DNA of 63,976 nt, the filler included, from Octopus bimaculoides (lineage: Eukaryota): the NCBI RefSeq assembly GCF_001194135.2. It is 8 parts of 8 records of this genome, joined end to end, with 100 filler letters (N's around TTAATTAATTAA, not from the genome) between each part and the next. Parts side by side here need not be neighbours in the genome. Positions count along the whole stretch, not along the records: positions 46,411 to 52,251 come from NC_068990.1; positions 52,352 to 55,685 come from NC_068987.1; positions 55,786 to 59,204 come from NC_068994.1; positions 59,305 to 63,976 come from NC_069002.1; 4 more parts are not named here. The stretch is one strand, 5' to 3'. Both the position numbers and the translations under genes were made by a program. Shown here piece after piece: positions 50,461 through 63,976 of the stretch. How positions within the stretch are numbered: position 1 is the stretch's first letter; each line of letters starts with the position of its first letter. The notes beneath the pieces were generated by a model, which was not told the origin of the DNA, did no database searches, and worked only from the letters and a program-made list of their open reading frames with translations.

Positions 50461-50835
50461 AAACTTTTAGGAGAATGCAGGAGCTACCTAGATATATGTA
50501 TTGTTATACAACTAAGTGAAATGGCAAAGAGAAAAATCGAGATAATTGTTTTAAAATGTGGGACTGATGACGTGCCTGTGAAGCACAACAATTGATTGTA
50601 CATCATGTCACGGGTCCGGAATGAGTCGAAACAATTGTAGTGGATTTGAATGAAAATAACTCTTGAATTCCTTTTTCTGTCTCTAATCTCGTATTTATAT
50701 AAACTCCAAGGATACCAAGGATTTCTTGAAATGAATCCAGAAGATGACTTATTCGTACTCTTGTTGACATCAGGTAGCCCAAAAATGAAGACGAGGTTTA
50801 CATAGCATCCTGAAAGGTTTCTGCATGAATATAAT

Positions 50836-50903
<68 letters not shown>

Positions 50904-52173
50904 AGAGAAAGAGAGAGATAGAGATGGCAAGTATATTATATACAGCACTCAGATATAATGATGCAGCTTAAATTTATATTTGCATATGATATATAATAAT
51001 ATAGCAATATTCTTGAGTTCGAACGTTGATGAAACAATTGTAAATTCATGCATGCAATAAAAACATGACAACTTACCAATTTACTCACCCGATTCTTCTT
51101 GTTTATAAGTTTTATACGCACACACATACATACATACAAACATACACACATACATACATACATACATGCATACACACACACACATCTTTATATATAATCC
51201 TATATATTCATATGTTTGTGTGCACATTTTAACTGATAGCATCTCAAAATATGAGGTAGTATCGAAACATTAGCATTCTAGAATTATATGCATTGAAACG
51301 TTATGTTTAATGGATACCCACTTCCTGCAGACTTACTAACATACATATTTATATATACACGCACACACACACACATATAAATCATATACATACACATGTA
51401 CACGCCGCATAGTTTCTGTCTTTCTCTCATACACATTCATAGACACACGCATACACACACAAGGATTCAAATATTATGGTAGAGAACATGTCAGAAAGAG
51501 TTAGCGGAGAAATAACGGAAGAATAAAAGCCTTGATTGGTGAAAAACAAAGAATTGAAACGAGGAAGAAAAATTATAAAACAATTGCACAAACTACAGAA
51601 AAAAACAAAGCAAGACTGGCAGAGAGGGTGAGAGACAGAGATAAGGAGAGAAGCACAATGAGGAGGTGGAGAACAAGAGAGAGAGAGAAGGAGTAGGGAG
51701 AGAGTGTGAGAGACAGGGATAAGATAAACACAAATCGAGAGAGGCGGGGAGAGGGAGAGAAAGGGAGAAAGAGTTAACTGGATTTGTAAGAAAGAATAGA
51801 ATCACAAATATGAGAGAGGCGTTTTTCAGATTTCACCGAACACACGTCAGCGAAGGAGGAGGTATATAAACAAGTGAAATTGGATTAAAGACCATCTGAA
51901 AATAGAACACTTTTTCAAAAAATGATTTCTTAATCAATATCTTATTATTTTCATAAGGACTATAATTAAGTGTACACACATACATATATAAACACATATG
52001 TAAAGATGAATAAATATTTGTATGTATGCGTGTTTGTATGTATTGATAGACAGACAGATAGATACATAGACAGATGTAAATATATCTATGCATATGAACA
52101 CATATATGCATGTATATACACATATATATATACATGTATATCATATACATATATATCATATACATATATAAAC

Positions 52174-52204
<31 letters not shown>

Positions 52205-52206
52205 TC

Positions 52207-52239
<33 letters not shown>

Positions 52240-52351
52240 TCATATATATATNNNNNNNNNNNNNNNNNNNNNNNNNNNNNNNNNNNNNNNNNNNNTTAAT
52301 TAATTAANNNNNNNNNNNNNNNNNNNNNNNNNNNNNNNNNNNNNNNNNNNN

Positions 52352-52419
<68 letters not shown>

Positions 52420-53296
52420 TACACTAGTAAGCACATAAATGCAAAATAAGGTGGGAAAAAATAGTACTCGAATACCGAAGGTAGGGTACAGTTATATGCT
52501 TTTATTAAAGGTGAAAAAATCTTCACAAACTCTTAATCAGAGTTTCACGTTTCTGTTCATCGGGGACAGCGATTGTATATCACCTGAGGAGATACAACTG
52601 GATCCAGATAAATCGTTGCTTAATTTAAACCCTGTGTATGAGTGGATCTATGTTGTATCAAAACATATGTAGTGTTTATTAATTAGCTGTCTAACCGTCC
52701 TCCTTGTTGACTACTTTTTTCAATTTTATATATGTATGTATATGTATATATATAAAATACAATACATATATATGCACGCGCGTGTGTGTATACATGCTTT
52801 TCTTTTTCTGTCTTTAATCTAGAGTTAATTTTCACTAGTCAGCTACTTTGTAGCAAGGTTTAGAAGGAAAGCATCTTCTTTTGTTTATCATCCGTTTAAC
52901 CTTGCAGATTTTTATAATCCAATCATTATCATTTCTAACGTGTGAATCAAGGGGTTGCATTTTTTCCTCAAAGACCTAAGTTCAGCCGCATTTTGCTCTT
53001 GGGGAGTATGTACGTAACCCGTTGCTCTAAAAATTCTAGGAATGAAACTCAGTGGATTTCCAATGCCTTATCAGTGGTTCATAGGCACAAGTGAAACCGA
53101 CACAAGTGAAACCGACAAAAGCCAGAGTAAATCGAAATTTAAAACGGACATGTAGTCTATCTCCCGGTTTAAACAAAATGCACGTGAGATTTTATACTAC
53201 TTTTGTGAAACAAAACAATTTTAATGTTTCAAGATATTATCAAAGAAAGTATTTAGACTCTTCCACGTTCCTGTTTGGAGTCGAACCACTTTAGAA

Positions 53297-53500
53297 CTAC
53301 ATTGGAACGTTTCTGCAACATCTTTCTTCTGTATTTTCTTTACCACATAGGTGTTTAGAGGGCAGGCTATTTCCACAAACAGAGCATATTTTCTCTTGTG
53401 GCATCAATATCTGGCCATTTGTACTTAAATTTGGTGGATTTTTTTCATTTCTAATTTCTGCCAATATTGTTTGACACAACGGTCGCAATGTTGTCAACTT
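53297..53500 (-). pseudogene. Possible piggyBac-like transposase C-terminal remnant
   Basis: TLRPLCQTILAEI...KICSVCGNSLPSKHLC is Cys-rich and loosely resembles the piggyBac CRD. Confidence 0.25.
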
Positions 53501-53845
53501 CTGTTGGTATTTTTATTGTTTTATTCTTAGTGGGAGGGGGTTTCTGCTCCAGACTGTTCTGGCTGCTGCATCATGCCTCATAGAAAGATAATATCTAGAA
53601 ATTGAAAAGAATGTTATTGATGTCTTCAGCCTTTTTTAACCTACATTTTTTTGTCTGTCAATGCTACAAGTACATGGTCGGAATCTCACGATCTTGAATT
53701 TCATGGACATAACCTTTAAAGTGGAATGTCATGAACTTGTCGGTACTCCAGGTCAAGCTTTTGATGACGGCAAATATTTCTGTCTGTCTGTGTGCGTGTG
53801 TGTAAAGAGAGAGGAAGATGGAGAGAGTGTGTGAGTGTGAGAGAT

Positions 53846-53906
<61 letters not shown>

Positions 53907-54731
53907 GAGACAGAGAGACAGGGAAAGAGAGAGAGATGCGTTTATCGGTATAAGCGTGATTCAGAACTTTGCTTCGCTTTCTCTTTGAGCAAGTATCTTC
54001 TATATTATCGAGTTGATCAAAGCATTTTAGCAGAAATTAATTAGACAGTTTTGTGCTTACAGTCAAAGCATTAATGTATTTCATGCATGAATGAACATCT
54101 CAACTTCTTAATGTTATGCTTGCAGCAAGTTTGATTGCACGGATCTCGCCACGTTTGTGGCAATAAATTGCACCTCCTCATTTATCTTCTTGGATATTGT
54201 AGTCTTAGAGACACTATATCTGAATAAAAAAGTTTAGAAACGATTTAAAGAAGCAGTCTAGTCACACACTTCGTGTCACTCTGACTCTGCCTAAAGTCTA
54301 CATTAAATGTACGACTTTCTGTGAAATATTCAACCACTTACATATCATAATACAAGATGGACTGCTTCTAATTCAATGCTTCGGCCTATGGCACGTTGAT
54401 TCTGCCTGTGAATTAACCCTTAGTCTGCATAATTAAATTTCACGGCCATTCCTAAAATGATTTTTATTATTCATCAACAGAAAATAGATTGATATTTTCG
54501 TCTTCTGCAATATTTTTTCAGTAAGTCCTATAAGTACGCACACACACACACACACTGCATGTGTGTGTGTGTTTGTACGCGCGCGAACGGTTGTGTCAGT
54601 GTGTTGGTGCACGCGCTGGTGTGTGTGCGCTCGTGTAAGGAAAGGAAAAGTAGTGGGAAGATACTTAAATATATATTTATACGTGTTTGTGTAAGTAATT
54701 ATATATGAGTATGAATAGTTCAGGGTGTGTT

Positions 54732-54768
<37 letters not shown>

Positions 54769-55614
54769 ACCCCTAGGGGTCAGCCACACTTAAGTGGCAA
54801 TATACTACACTTTATCGTGCAGTTACTGTTAATACTTCATTTAGAGAATTAACATTGCNNNNNNNNNNNNNNNNNNNNNNNNNNNNNNNNNNNNNNNNNN
54901 NNNNNNNNNNNNNNNNNNNNNNNNNNNNNNNNNNNNNNNNNNNNNNNNNNNNNNNNNNNNNNNNNNNNNNNNNNNNNNNNNNNNNNTATATACTACTATG
55001 ACACCGATTGCTTGCTTGCGTGCTTGCTTGTTAGTGTGCTTGCTTGCTTGCTTGCGTGCTTGCTTGTCTGTAATTTAATACAGCCAAACCGGTGCATAAT
55101 GGGAAAATACTCTGAAAGTAAGGTACCGCTGAAATGTGAATCAAACATAATAAAACAAATTTTGAGTAAATGGACTACGGATTCCTGAGATACACGTTTT
55201 TAGAAAGTACCTTCATAAATAGCCAAAGCGGCACATAATAGGAATATACTCTGAAATTAACATAACTCTGAAATGGGAATGTATAATGCTCTGAAAATTG
55301 CTTCCATTAATTTTATGTTTACGTTATATAACATTTCCTTTTGCCTTTTTGTACAAGTGTGCACATACACCATAAATAAATGCTGTTACTGGAGTTCAAG
55401 TTAATCCTGGAAGTTCTATGTATATTAGATGCTGTAAATAATCGATAAAACCTTAAACATGAACTTGTAAACCAAACCTATGATGACACGAACGAATTGA
55501 AATATTTAACTGAATCATCAAAAAATTCATTTTCATTTCAATGCAATGTTGAAATCAGCTTCAATGTTTTATAACCTCAACCACCAGTGACCCAACGGAT
55601 TACGGGTAGTCTAG

Positions 55615-55685
<71 letters not shown>

Positions 55686-56096
55686 NNNNNNNNNNNNNNN
55701 NNNNNNNNNNNNNNNNNNNNNNNNNNNNNTTAATTAATTAANNNNNNNNNNNNNNNNNNNNNNNNNNNNNNNNNNNNNNNNNNNNGTGTACATGCATGGT
55801 TGCATATATATGTGTATATATACGCGTATGTGTGGGTGTGCATGTTTGTGTTTCACGCGAGTGTGAGTGAGCATATGCATATAGACACATGTACGTGTGT
55901 GTGCGTACGCGCATGTGTATGTATGTACATGCGCGCTTACGCGATTTCTATGAGCATTTTCACTTCCTTACTTGTTTACTTTCTCCCCTTCGGTTTTTCC
56001 CCCTTATTTAACAGTCATTCTCATATCTCTTTTGTCTTAATAACGGTGAATTACATAGTAATTTCCCTGTGTTTAATGGTCATTTTCATAGCATTT

Positions 56097-56181
56097 TTTG
56101 ATTGCCTCGATAACTGACGAGATGCCGGAGAAGGTTTCCGCCCCGACATCCGAAACTCGGAGTCCTATTATGGCAATCGAA
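56097..56181 (+). ncRNA. Type I hammerhead ribozyme-like motif (best candidate)
   Basis: CTGACGA at 56114-56120; stem II GATG/CATC; C-GAAA; stem III ACTC-G-GAGT; GUC site (cut after 56164); stem I of 4 bp, a 2x2 loop and 10 bp (TTTGATTGCC/GGCAATCGAA). Confidence 0.7.
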
Positions 56182-56229
56182 TAATTGTCACATATTGTAT
56201 TATATATATATGTGTGTGTGTGTGTGTAT

Positions 56230-56599
56230 AATTATGATAATAATATTAGGGATAAAAATCCAAATTTACAGGTAAACATTCAATTTAATTTAATTTATCA
56301 AAATTAAAATTAAATTAAGTTTCCCAGTATATAATAAATATATATATAACTTAGAGAAAAGAACCACAATTCCTGAACTCATCCATGAAAATCCACAGTC
56401 ACATATAGAAAAATTTAATAAGTAAAAACACTAAAAAGAACTATAATAAAATATAAAGTAATAAGTATTAAAATAATGAAACGACTACACGTGTTTCATA
56501 ACCACATTTTCAAATAGAAAATAAAATAAAATCGATTAAAATAAATTGATCGAAAATCAATTCTATTCAAAAATATAGCTAATCATCGGGTCAAAATAC

Positions 56600-56633
<34 letters not shown>

Positions 56634-57990
56634 TGAATGTATATATATCAACTAACAATAAATAATAAATGAATTTATATAAAAATACTTATTTTATCAA
56701 TAGGTAAAAGTACTTATTTTACAAATAAATAAAAGAAAAATATTTAACGATATTATTGAAAATAAAGGCAATACTTATCGAAGGTTTAGTTTAAACTAAA
56801 TTTTAAACGTTATACTATTAACTAAGCGTTTATTAGAATATCAGCTAACAATATATAACAAATGAATTTCTATAAAAATACTTATTTTACCAATAAATAA
56901 AAGAAAAATGTTTAACAATATTAATGAAAATAAATGCAATACTTATCTTATCGAAGCTTTAGGTTAAACTAAAATTATAAACGTTATACTATTAACTTAG
57001 CGTTTATTAGAATATTAACTAACAATAAATGAATTTCTATAAAAATACTTATTTTACCAATAAATCAAAGAAAAACATTAAACAATATTATTAAAAATAA
57101 GTGCAACACCAATCTTATCGATCCTATGTAAAACTTATTTAAATTATAACCATTAAATTTATTCCCGTCCATTAAAGTCAATATACATTTATATACGACA
57201 TCCTTCAAATTACATTTATTATTAAATTTACATTTAGTCTTATTTCTGCGTGTACAATAATTATATCCTTGTCCTTATTATTATTATTATTATTAGAATA
57301 AGTATTTAACTTATTTTGTAATAATTATATAACCTAAATCTATTAAAAGAAGAAATAATGTTGCCAACATTATTAATAGTAGAATAACCTACACCCAAAT
57401 CATTACAAGATATAACATTTTTTATTATCTCTAAGGAATATATCAATTACATTTAAAATCTCTTTAATAATGTTAGTTTTAACTTGAACGCCGGAAGGAA
57501 TGATTAGCCAAAGTTTATTCTTATTATAGATATTATTATATTTATTATTTATACTATTAAATTTATTATTATCATTAAATGAATTAAATTTAATCCTATT
57601 ATTTTGTCCATTACAATTATGTTTATGTTTTTTATTATCATAATACCTATTATTCTTACCATAATTACCTAAGTAGACCTTATTATAATTCTCAATCATT
57701 GATATTATAATCATTAATATTATAATTATAATTATATTTCGGATTATTAAAGAATTGAATATCATTAGTATATCCCACCTCATGTAATAGGGTTCATGTT
57801 TTTCGAAGATCTCTAAATTAGATGAAAGTAATGATATTCTCTTACCAATAGTAAATGTTAACGATTTCTTAATTGAGGGTGGGTGATTACTTTTAGCATG
57901 AATATATTTAATATTTTCATTAATCTTATGGTAAGGTTGGGTTTTGCCTGTTGATAAGTTAAAATTCTCTCAATTTGGATTTTTATTCGC
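56230..57990 (-). mobile_element. Penelope-like retroelement 3' portion (RT thumb, linker, GIY-YIG endonuclease, 3' end)
   Basis: FNLSTGKTQPYHKINENIKYIHAKSNHPPSIKK...KRISLLSS (57790-57969); VQVKTNIIKEILNVID; CTRRNKTKCKFNNKCNLKDVVYKC...FYIGS (57100-57260). Confidence 0.85.
56482..56593 (-). ncRNA. Degenerate hammerhead motif in the Penelope 3' end
   Basis: TGAC-CCGATGA...GAAA-CACGTG-TA-GTCG: U4C change, palindromic stem III ACACGTGT, 4-bp stem I; sense to the Penelope ORF. Confidence 0.4.
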
Positions 57991-58103
57991 ATTCATAGTG
58001 ACTCTAGTCGCGAACCGTGAGCTATACAGAAAGTTGCAGCTTATCGTAAGTTCGATATAGGAAAAAGTGTGTAACCTTCAACGCCCAAGCGCCCGGGAAC
58101 AGG

Positions 58104-58200
58104 GGGCGCAGCGGGTGCACCCGCACCCCCTAGAATTTTCAAGGGGTGCAAGATCAAAATTTGCACCCCCTACATAATCTTACCAGTTGCAGAAAAAAGT
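58104..58200 (+). mobile_element. Possible hAT-type transposon terminus
   Basis: GC island with repeated GGGTGCA/TGCACCCC subterminal motifs in AT-rich context. Confidence 0.35.
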
Positions 58201-59100
58201 GTCTAAAATCTATCGGTATAAAATGCTTAAGTTCGATCTCGTTTCAAAACAAAGAAAAAAATAAATATATAAATAAATAAAAGTGATGAAGCTGGCATAA
58301 AATTCCCTGGGGACCACTAACTTCTGAAGGCAAGTAGCGTCAAAATACAAAAAAAATAAGTGACAATAACAACAACAAAACCAGCATGTGTGGTTAATTT
58401 TGAATATATAGCATTACTTGAATTATTGAAGACAGCTCCCACCCAGTTTCTGTCTGCCAATACTTCTCTCCATCTTTCAATACCACTCCCAAGTTCTTTG
58501 TAATTGGTGTTGCTAAAGACTTAAAACATGGTTGAATGGATTCGACCGTTTGACCCCAGTCGAAAAATAAAACCCTTCAAAATTCTTTCAATACAAAACG
58601 ACCATTCAATAATCCATACCATTATCAGCTTGATCACTGCCTGGGTAAATGCCTTTTTTTTTCAACTCCAACTTTAGTCTTGATTCACCTTTTCATTAAA
58701 TCTTTACTTTCCTTTTGTCTTTATTCCTCTCTATCTGCTTGAGTTCCTTAGGAAATAGTTTCCTTTTAGCGTTACTACTAACAAATCGTATCTTAAAGAC
58801 GTAGTTTAGACAGAATGATTTATATATTGGCGACTTTCATTTTTTTTATCTTGCCTTAATTCTGTCATATTATTAATTAAAACTCTTCCTGCCTATATAT
58901 AAAATAATATTTGCGTCATATCTGTTTCCGATACTGTCCTGCTTTTTCATTTTATATAGAAAACGTTGATTTAATTAGTTTGATAAGTGCCACTGCACGA
59001 AACTCTCGAACTTTCAGTCACTATGTAACTTTCTCCGATCAATAAATCTATATTTATTGAGACTGACTCAACATAAGTTCTATTTTTCATGTTTGAACCA

Positions 59101-59150
59101 CTACGCCTCTGATGAGAACCCAATAATGTTCGGAAATCGATTAAAGTTGT
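59101..59150 (+). ncRNA. Hammerhead-like core
   Basis: CTGATGA-GAAC(8 nt)GTTC-G-GAAA-TCGAT: 4-bp stem II, palindromic ATCGAT stem III, poor stem I. Confidence 0.4.
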
Positions 59151-59348
59151 TCATCTTTTTTTCAATCTACGGAGAAATGGCTAAATTTGCCCTCTCTATA
59201 AATANNNNNNNNNNNNNNNNNNNNNNNNNNNNNNNNNNNNNNNNNNNNTTAATTAATTAANNNNNNNNNNNNNNNNNNNNNNNNNNNNNNNNNNNNNNNN
59301 NNNNTATACGCACACACACATGTATACACACATAGACACGCGAACTGG

Positions 59349-59448
<100 letters not shown>

Positions 59449-60019
59449 GTATGTGTATTTATATAGAGTTGTGTATAAAAGTATGTACATATAGGGTGTA
59501 TTTATATTTTTATATGGGGTATATATGCAGGTATATACGTATAGGGTAAATAAACACATATATTATACGTATATACATATGTGTGTGTGCTTATATATAT
59601 GTATATATGAATGTATTAATGGTCATAGTAGTAGTAGTAGTAGTAGTAGTAGTAATAGTAGGAAGAGAATGTGTAATTTAGTGAAGTGAATGAGGGATTG
59701 TGAGAGAGACTACGGAGATTTTAATGCAGGAGAGAGCGCAATATATGTATATATATANNNNNNNNNNATATATATAGGTTATGAAGGGTAATGGAGTCAA
59801 CTAGACCTTAATGATACAGGTAATACCAAGTAAGTGCTGTATACCGACTAGTTTTGCCCCAGATGTGGTTGTAACATGAATGGGGAATATAACATGGGTC
59901 GTGTATTAGCGTGTGTATATATATAAAAAAAGACTGAAATAAAGCGACCAATGGTATAAGTAAATTTATATTTCATGTAGAGTGTTTTACAGCTGTTTCG
60001 GGGAAAGTTCAATGTATTC

Positions 60020-60354
60020 CTTCATCGACTCCTGGACTCTTTGTAAGCCTGATACTTGTTCTATCGGTCTCTTTTGCCGAATTAGTAGGTTACGGGGACG
60101 TAAACACACTTACATCGGTTGTCAAGTGATGGTGGAGGGACAAACACAGACACACACACAAATATATACATACATATATATAAATACACACACACACATA
60201 TGCGACGGGCTTCTTTCAGTTTCCATCTACCATATCCACTCACAAGGCTTTTTGGTCGGCCCGAGGCTATAGTAGAAGGCACCTGCCCAAGGTTCCCCGC
60301 AGTGGGAATGAACCTGTAACCATGTGGTTGGGAAGCAAGCTTCTTACCATGCAG
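60020..60354 (-). mobile_element. Family A SINE
   Basis: Reverse complement match to 27295-27640. Confidence 0.88.
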
Positions 60355-60990
60355 TCAAAGTTTCGCGACATTCAGAATGCTATATCACGGCAAAGAATGG
60401 AGTTAGGAAGCTGGTTTTGGTCTTAAAATGACCGTGAAGACCTCGTCTAATTATTCCACTGGATTACTGCTCGGTGTAATTAAAATCTCCGCTAAGGCAA
60501 CACCAACGTTCTCTGATTACGGCACAAGGATAGCAATTTTCAATTATCCTAGCAATGATAATCTTCGCCTTAGGCAGACACCGAACAAAGGGTTCGATTT
60601 CCGGTTGTTTTTGTTTCATGTTTGTGTACATCAATCGTACAGAAGTGAAAAGAGTGAGAAAAGCATTTCATCTCTATAATAATAATAAGTACACAAACAA
60701 CAACAGCAACAACAGCAAACAACAACAAAGATTAATAATTGTATTCATTTTGTTTTTACTTCCTGCAAGTGTGACAAATTCGAGACATAACAAAGATGAG
60801 CTGCAAAAATTGTGGAGGATTTACGCTCGTGTCAAAAATACATAAACCAAAAATATAAGCAAGACAATAAGAAGAAATATATAAAATAAAAACCTATATA
60901 AAATAAAATTATCATGGAAAAATTGTTACTTAAGGTAAATTAGGATGTTCATAAATACTCAAATACTCTTGAATGAGAGTTTTCTCCTCC

Positions 60991-61350
<360 letters not shown>

Positions 61351-61959
61351 ATTATTATCATAAATGCGATTTTATTTTTTTGGGAGCTGTATTTGTGGCT
61401 GCATAATCTCAACGAACGAGTGTATCCCTATTCATTTTCGATTCCTGTTTATAAATTCCATTTCCCCTGAATTATACTCGCGTAACAAGTGCCCTTAAGA
61501 AAAGTATCGAATTTCTAACTCACATGTAAATATTTTAGGAATTGTGTGTAAGGAACCAATAGTAACCCTGTCCCTTCTCGGATTCCTTTATATTATGATA
61601 ATCCTATAATTCATTGGATTATATAAATCCTATAATTTTCTTTGCGGCACATCCTAATTATCCTTAATCCGATCTTTTTTCTATTTTGTCCCTTTATGCT
61701 GTGGTAACCTTATACTTTCATACTGATTACGCTTTGGCTGCGCAACTACTCATATCTACATGTGGATCGTTTCCGTTTTTTGCGACAAAAGAAAGAAAAA
61801 AATAAATAAAGAAAGCCTTGAAGGATTTACTTAAAGAGATCTGCTTAGCTTCGAATAAGTTTCAAGATGAGCCGCAACGATGAAAAAGGAAACATCTTCC
61901 CCCCATCTTCCACCCGGTAGGAGGATGTAAGCATCTCACAAGAGATATCCCCCCCGCAT

Positions 61960-62133
61960 GCAGTCAATACGCTCATTTTGCAATTATGTGGTTTTGGGTC
62001 GCACACATTGCACGGCACGTGGAATAAGTATCTTCTATCATAACTCCAGCCCGAGTTATGATAATGCTTGCAAGATCTCACAGCTCTAGCATCAATCCTT
62101 CATAGTCAGCTTATGAACTTTTCATCCTATCCT
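61960..62133 (-). mobile_element. Mariner-type terminal fragment
   Basis: GTCAGCTTATGAACTTTTCATCCTATCCTCGTA resembles the terminus at 35675-35707. Confidence 0.5.
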
Positions 62134-63290
62134 CGTATCTCTCTCTCCCCTCCCCTCTCTCTCTACACACACACATATATGTAGATAACACATTGATGGA
62201 TAGACTTGAATACAGACTTATGCATGCTACTGTATAACTGACTTTAATTTTATATATTCTTTACTACAATTCGAAACTTTAAAATTATCTTTTAATTCCG
62301 TCTTTCAGCTTTCAGCCATGTTTTCAAAATTGTTTATATCGTTATTATTTCTTTATTTTCCTTTTGATTTCCTCCATTATAACTGCTTGCGAAATCTGCG
62401 TTCTTTCCGAATTACTTCAAATTGCGTCCGTTAAACATTTCGCACTCAATCGCTCTCATTCCTTCTATAGCTTGCTATCTTTATTAAAACATCATACAAA
62501 CAATTTTCTCTATTCTTTTTTATTCCGCCATTTTTATTTTTCTATCACCTCCCACCTAGATAAAAGCATAAAGCACAAAAATTGGCCTGCAATCTCATTT
62601 TCCCCACCTTCTCTCTCTTTCATCTTCCCTCTCTTTCTCTCAAATTCTTTTCCTCCATCTATTTATCTTTCTCTTATAGCAGGCCTTGATCTGATGGCCC
62701 ATCATAATTTGCCATCTCGTTTTCATTATTCACTTCTATCTCCAGTTAACATCCGCGTAAGTATGGGAGACCTTTTCCTTTAAATATTTATTTAGTATTA
62801 TAGCTATTATTGCCATGATTATCATTATTATTTCTGGGGCCGGTGTAAACGACTGCGCTTGTACTTCAAAATATGTTTCGTTCTGCCTAGAAAATACTCC
62901 TTATTGTTATTATAACTAGGTTGGTATCCGTCGCTACACTGCCGGTAAAAATAATTATTAATCGTGCATATATCTTTATAAATTGTTCAAATAATGCTTA
63001 GATTGACTTTCTAGGTAAAGATTGATAACAGTTTGAATGATGGTGAACAATAACATTTATTTAAAATATTTATTTTTTATATTCTATAGAAGAACTATAT
63101 TCATTGAACAATATCTTGCCTTATATAAAAGTTAAAAGTAGACTTCTTTATAAAAAAAAATTTGTTAGTTACTATGGTGGCAACGCTACCTATCTATCTA
63201 ACTATCTTTTACACAATCTCTCTCTCTCTCTCAACACCAACAACCGCCACCTTCACCGCCAACACCACCACCACCACCACCACCACCAAT

Positions 63291-63321
<31 letters not shown>

Positions 63322-63976
63322 GCCACCACCAGAGAAATTGGGAGGCTGCTTTCATCTTTCCATACTCAACGTAATGTTTGCTATATATAGGAAAGCAGCG
63401 TAGAAAAACATAGAAGGTAATAAATGCTACATGAAATTTGCATGGTCTTCGTGAATGTGGCAAATATATACACATATGCATATAGACACACACACACAAA
63501 CGCACACAGGCATAAGCACACGCAGGCACATAATTGCACTCACATATATACACACATGCAGAGACGCGTGCATGCACACAAACACAAACACACACACACA
63601 AACACACACACGCAAACACACGCAAACACCTGACACACCAACATATAGACACACACTTGTCAGAAGGAAAAACCATTCTTGATGATTCCAGCGGCTTTCA
63701 GAGGTTTATTATTGTTTATTTGATAAAGAATTTGAAGAATAAATACTGAAATTAAACAGGTCGATGTCCTTCATAGTGGCCTCAAGGAGAAAAACCATAG
63801 AATTTGAACACCACACGCACACAAATACACACACGCATAGGCGCGCGCCCACACACACACACACAGACGCATTCACTATTATGTATGCATATTTGTATAA
63901 GCGTACATCTTTCTAGCTCTATCTATATATATACATACATACATATATACATATATGTATGTATGTATGTATATAT

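Noticed and set aside
52515-52570. Minus-strand CCGATGA-AC..GT-GAAA-CTCT..AGAG-TT motif, and CTAATGA..AGCC/GGCT-A-GAAACCGG at 43513-43562
   Set aside because: Probably decayed Penelope-type termini, but core substitutions and missing stem I make a ribozyme call unsupported.
18221-59260. Seven identical TTAATTAATTAA islands inside gaps
   Set aside because: Synthetic six-frame-stop scaffold linker; not biological, and not a CRISPR-like or other repeat array.

Overview
Repeat-dense, AT-rich eukaryotic scaffold with many N gaps and microsatellites. The SINE repertoire suggests an octopus genome (inference; no database search was run). No host protein-coding gene could be identified. Most ORF-track entries are microsatellite or N-gap artefacts. 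The window contains many copies of at least four tRNA-derived SINE families and decayed DNA transposons (mariner, DD37D/maT, Chapaev3-like, possible piggyBac and hAT ends). It also holds two non-autonomous Helitrons, LINE fragments (RTE, L1/Tx1, CR1/L2-like, R4-like RLE) and a Penelope-like element. The most interesting signals are: (i) several hammerhead-ribozyme-like motifs near Penelope remnants or inside inverted-repeat elements, four of which carry one extra nucleotide between stem II and GAAA; (ii) a full-length 5S rRNA copy followed by a SINE-type 3' tail and flanked by a short direct repeat, possibly a 5S-derived SINE or RT chimera; (iii) fold-back elements and perfect hairpins; (iv) a diverged tandem array with a conserved 15-mer.
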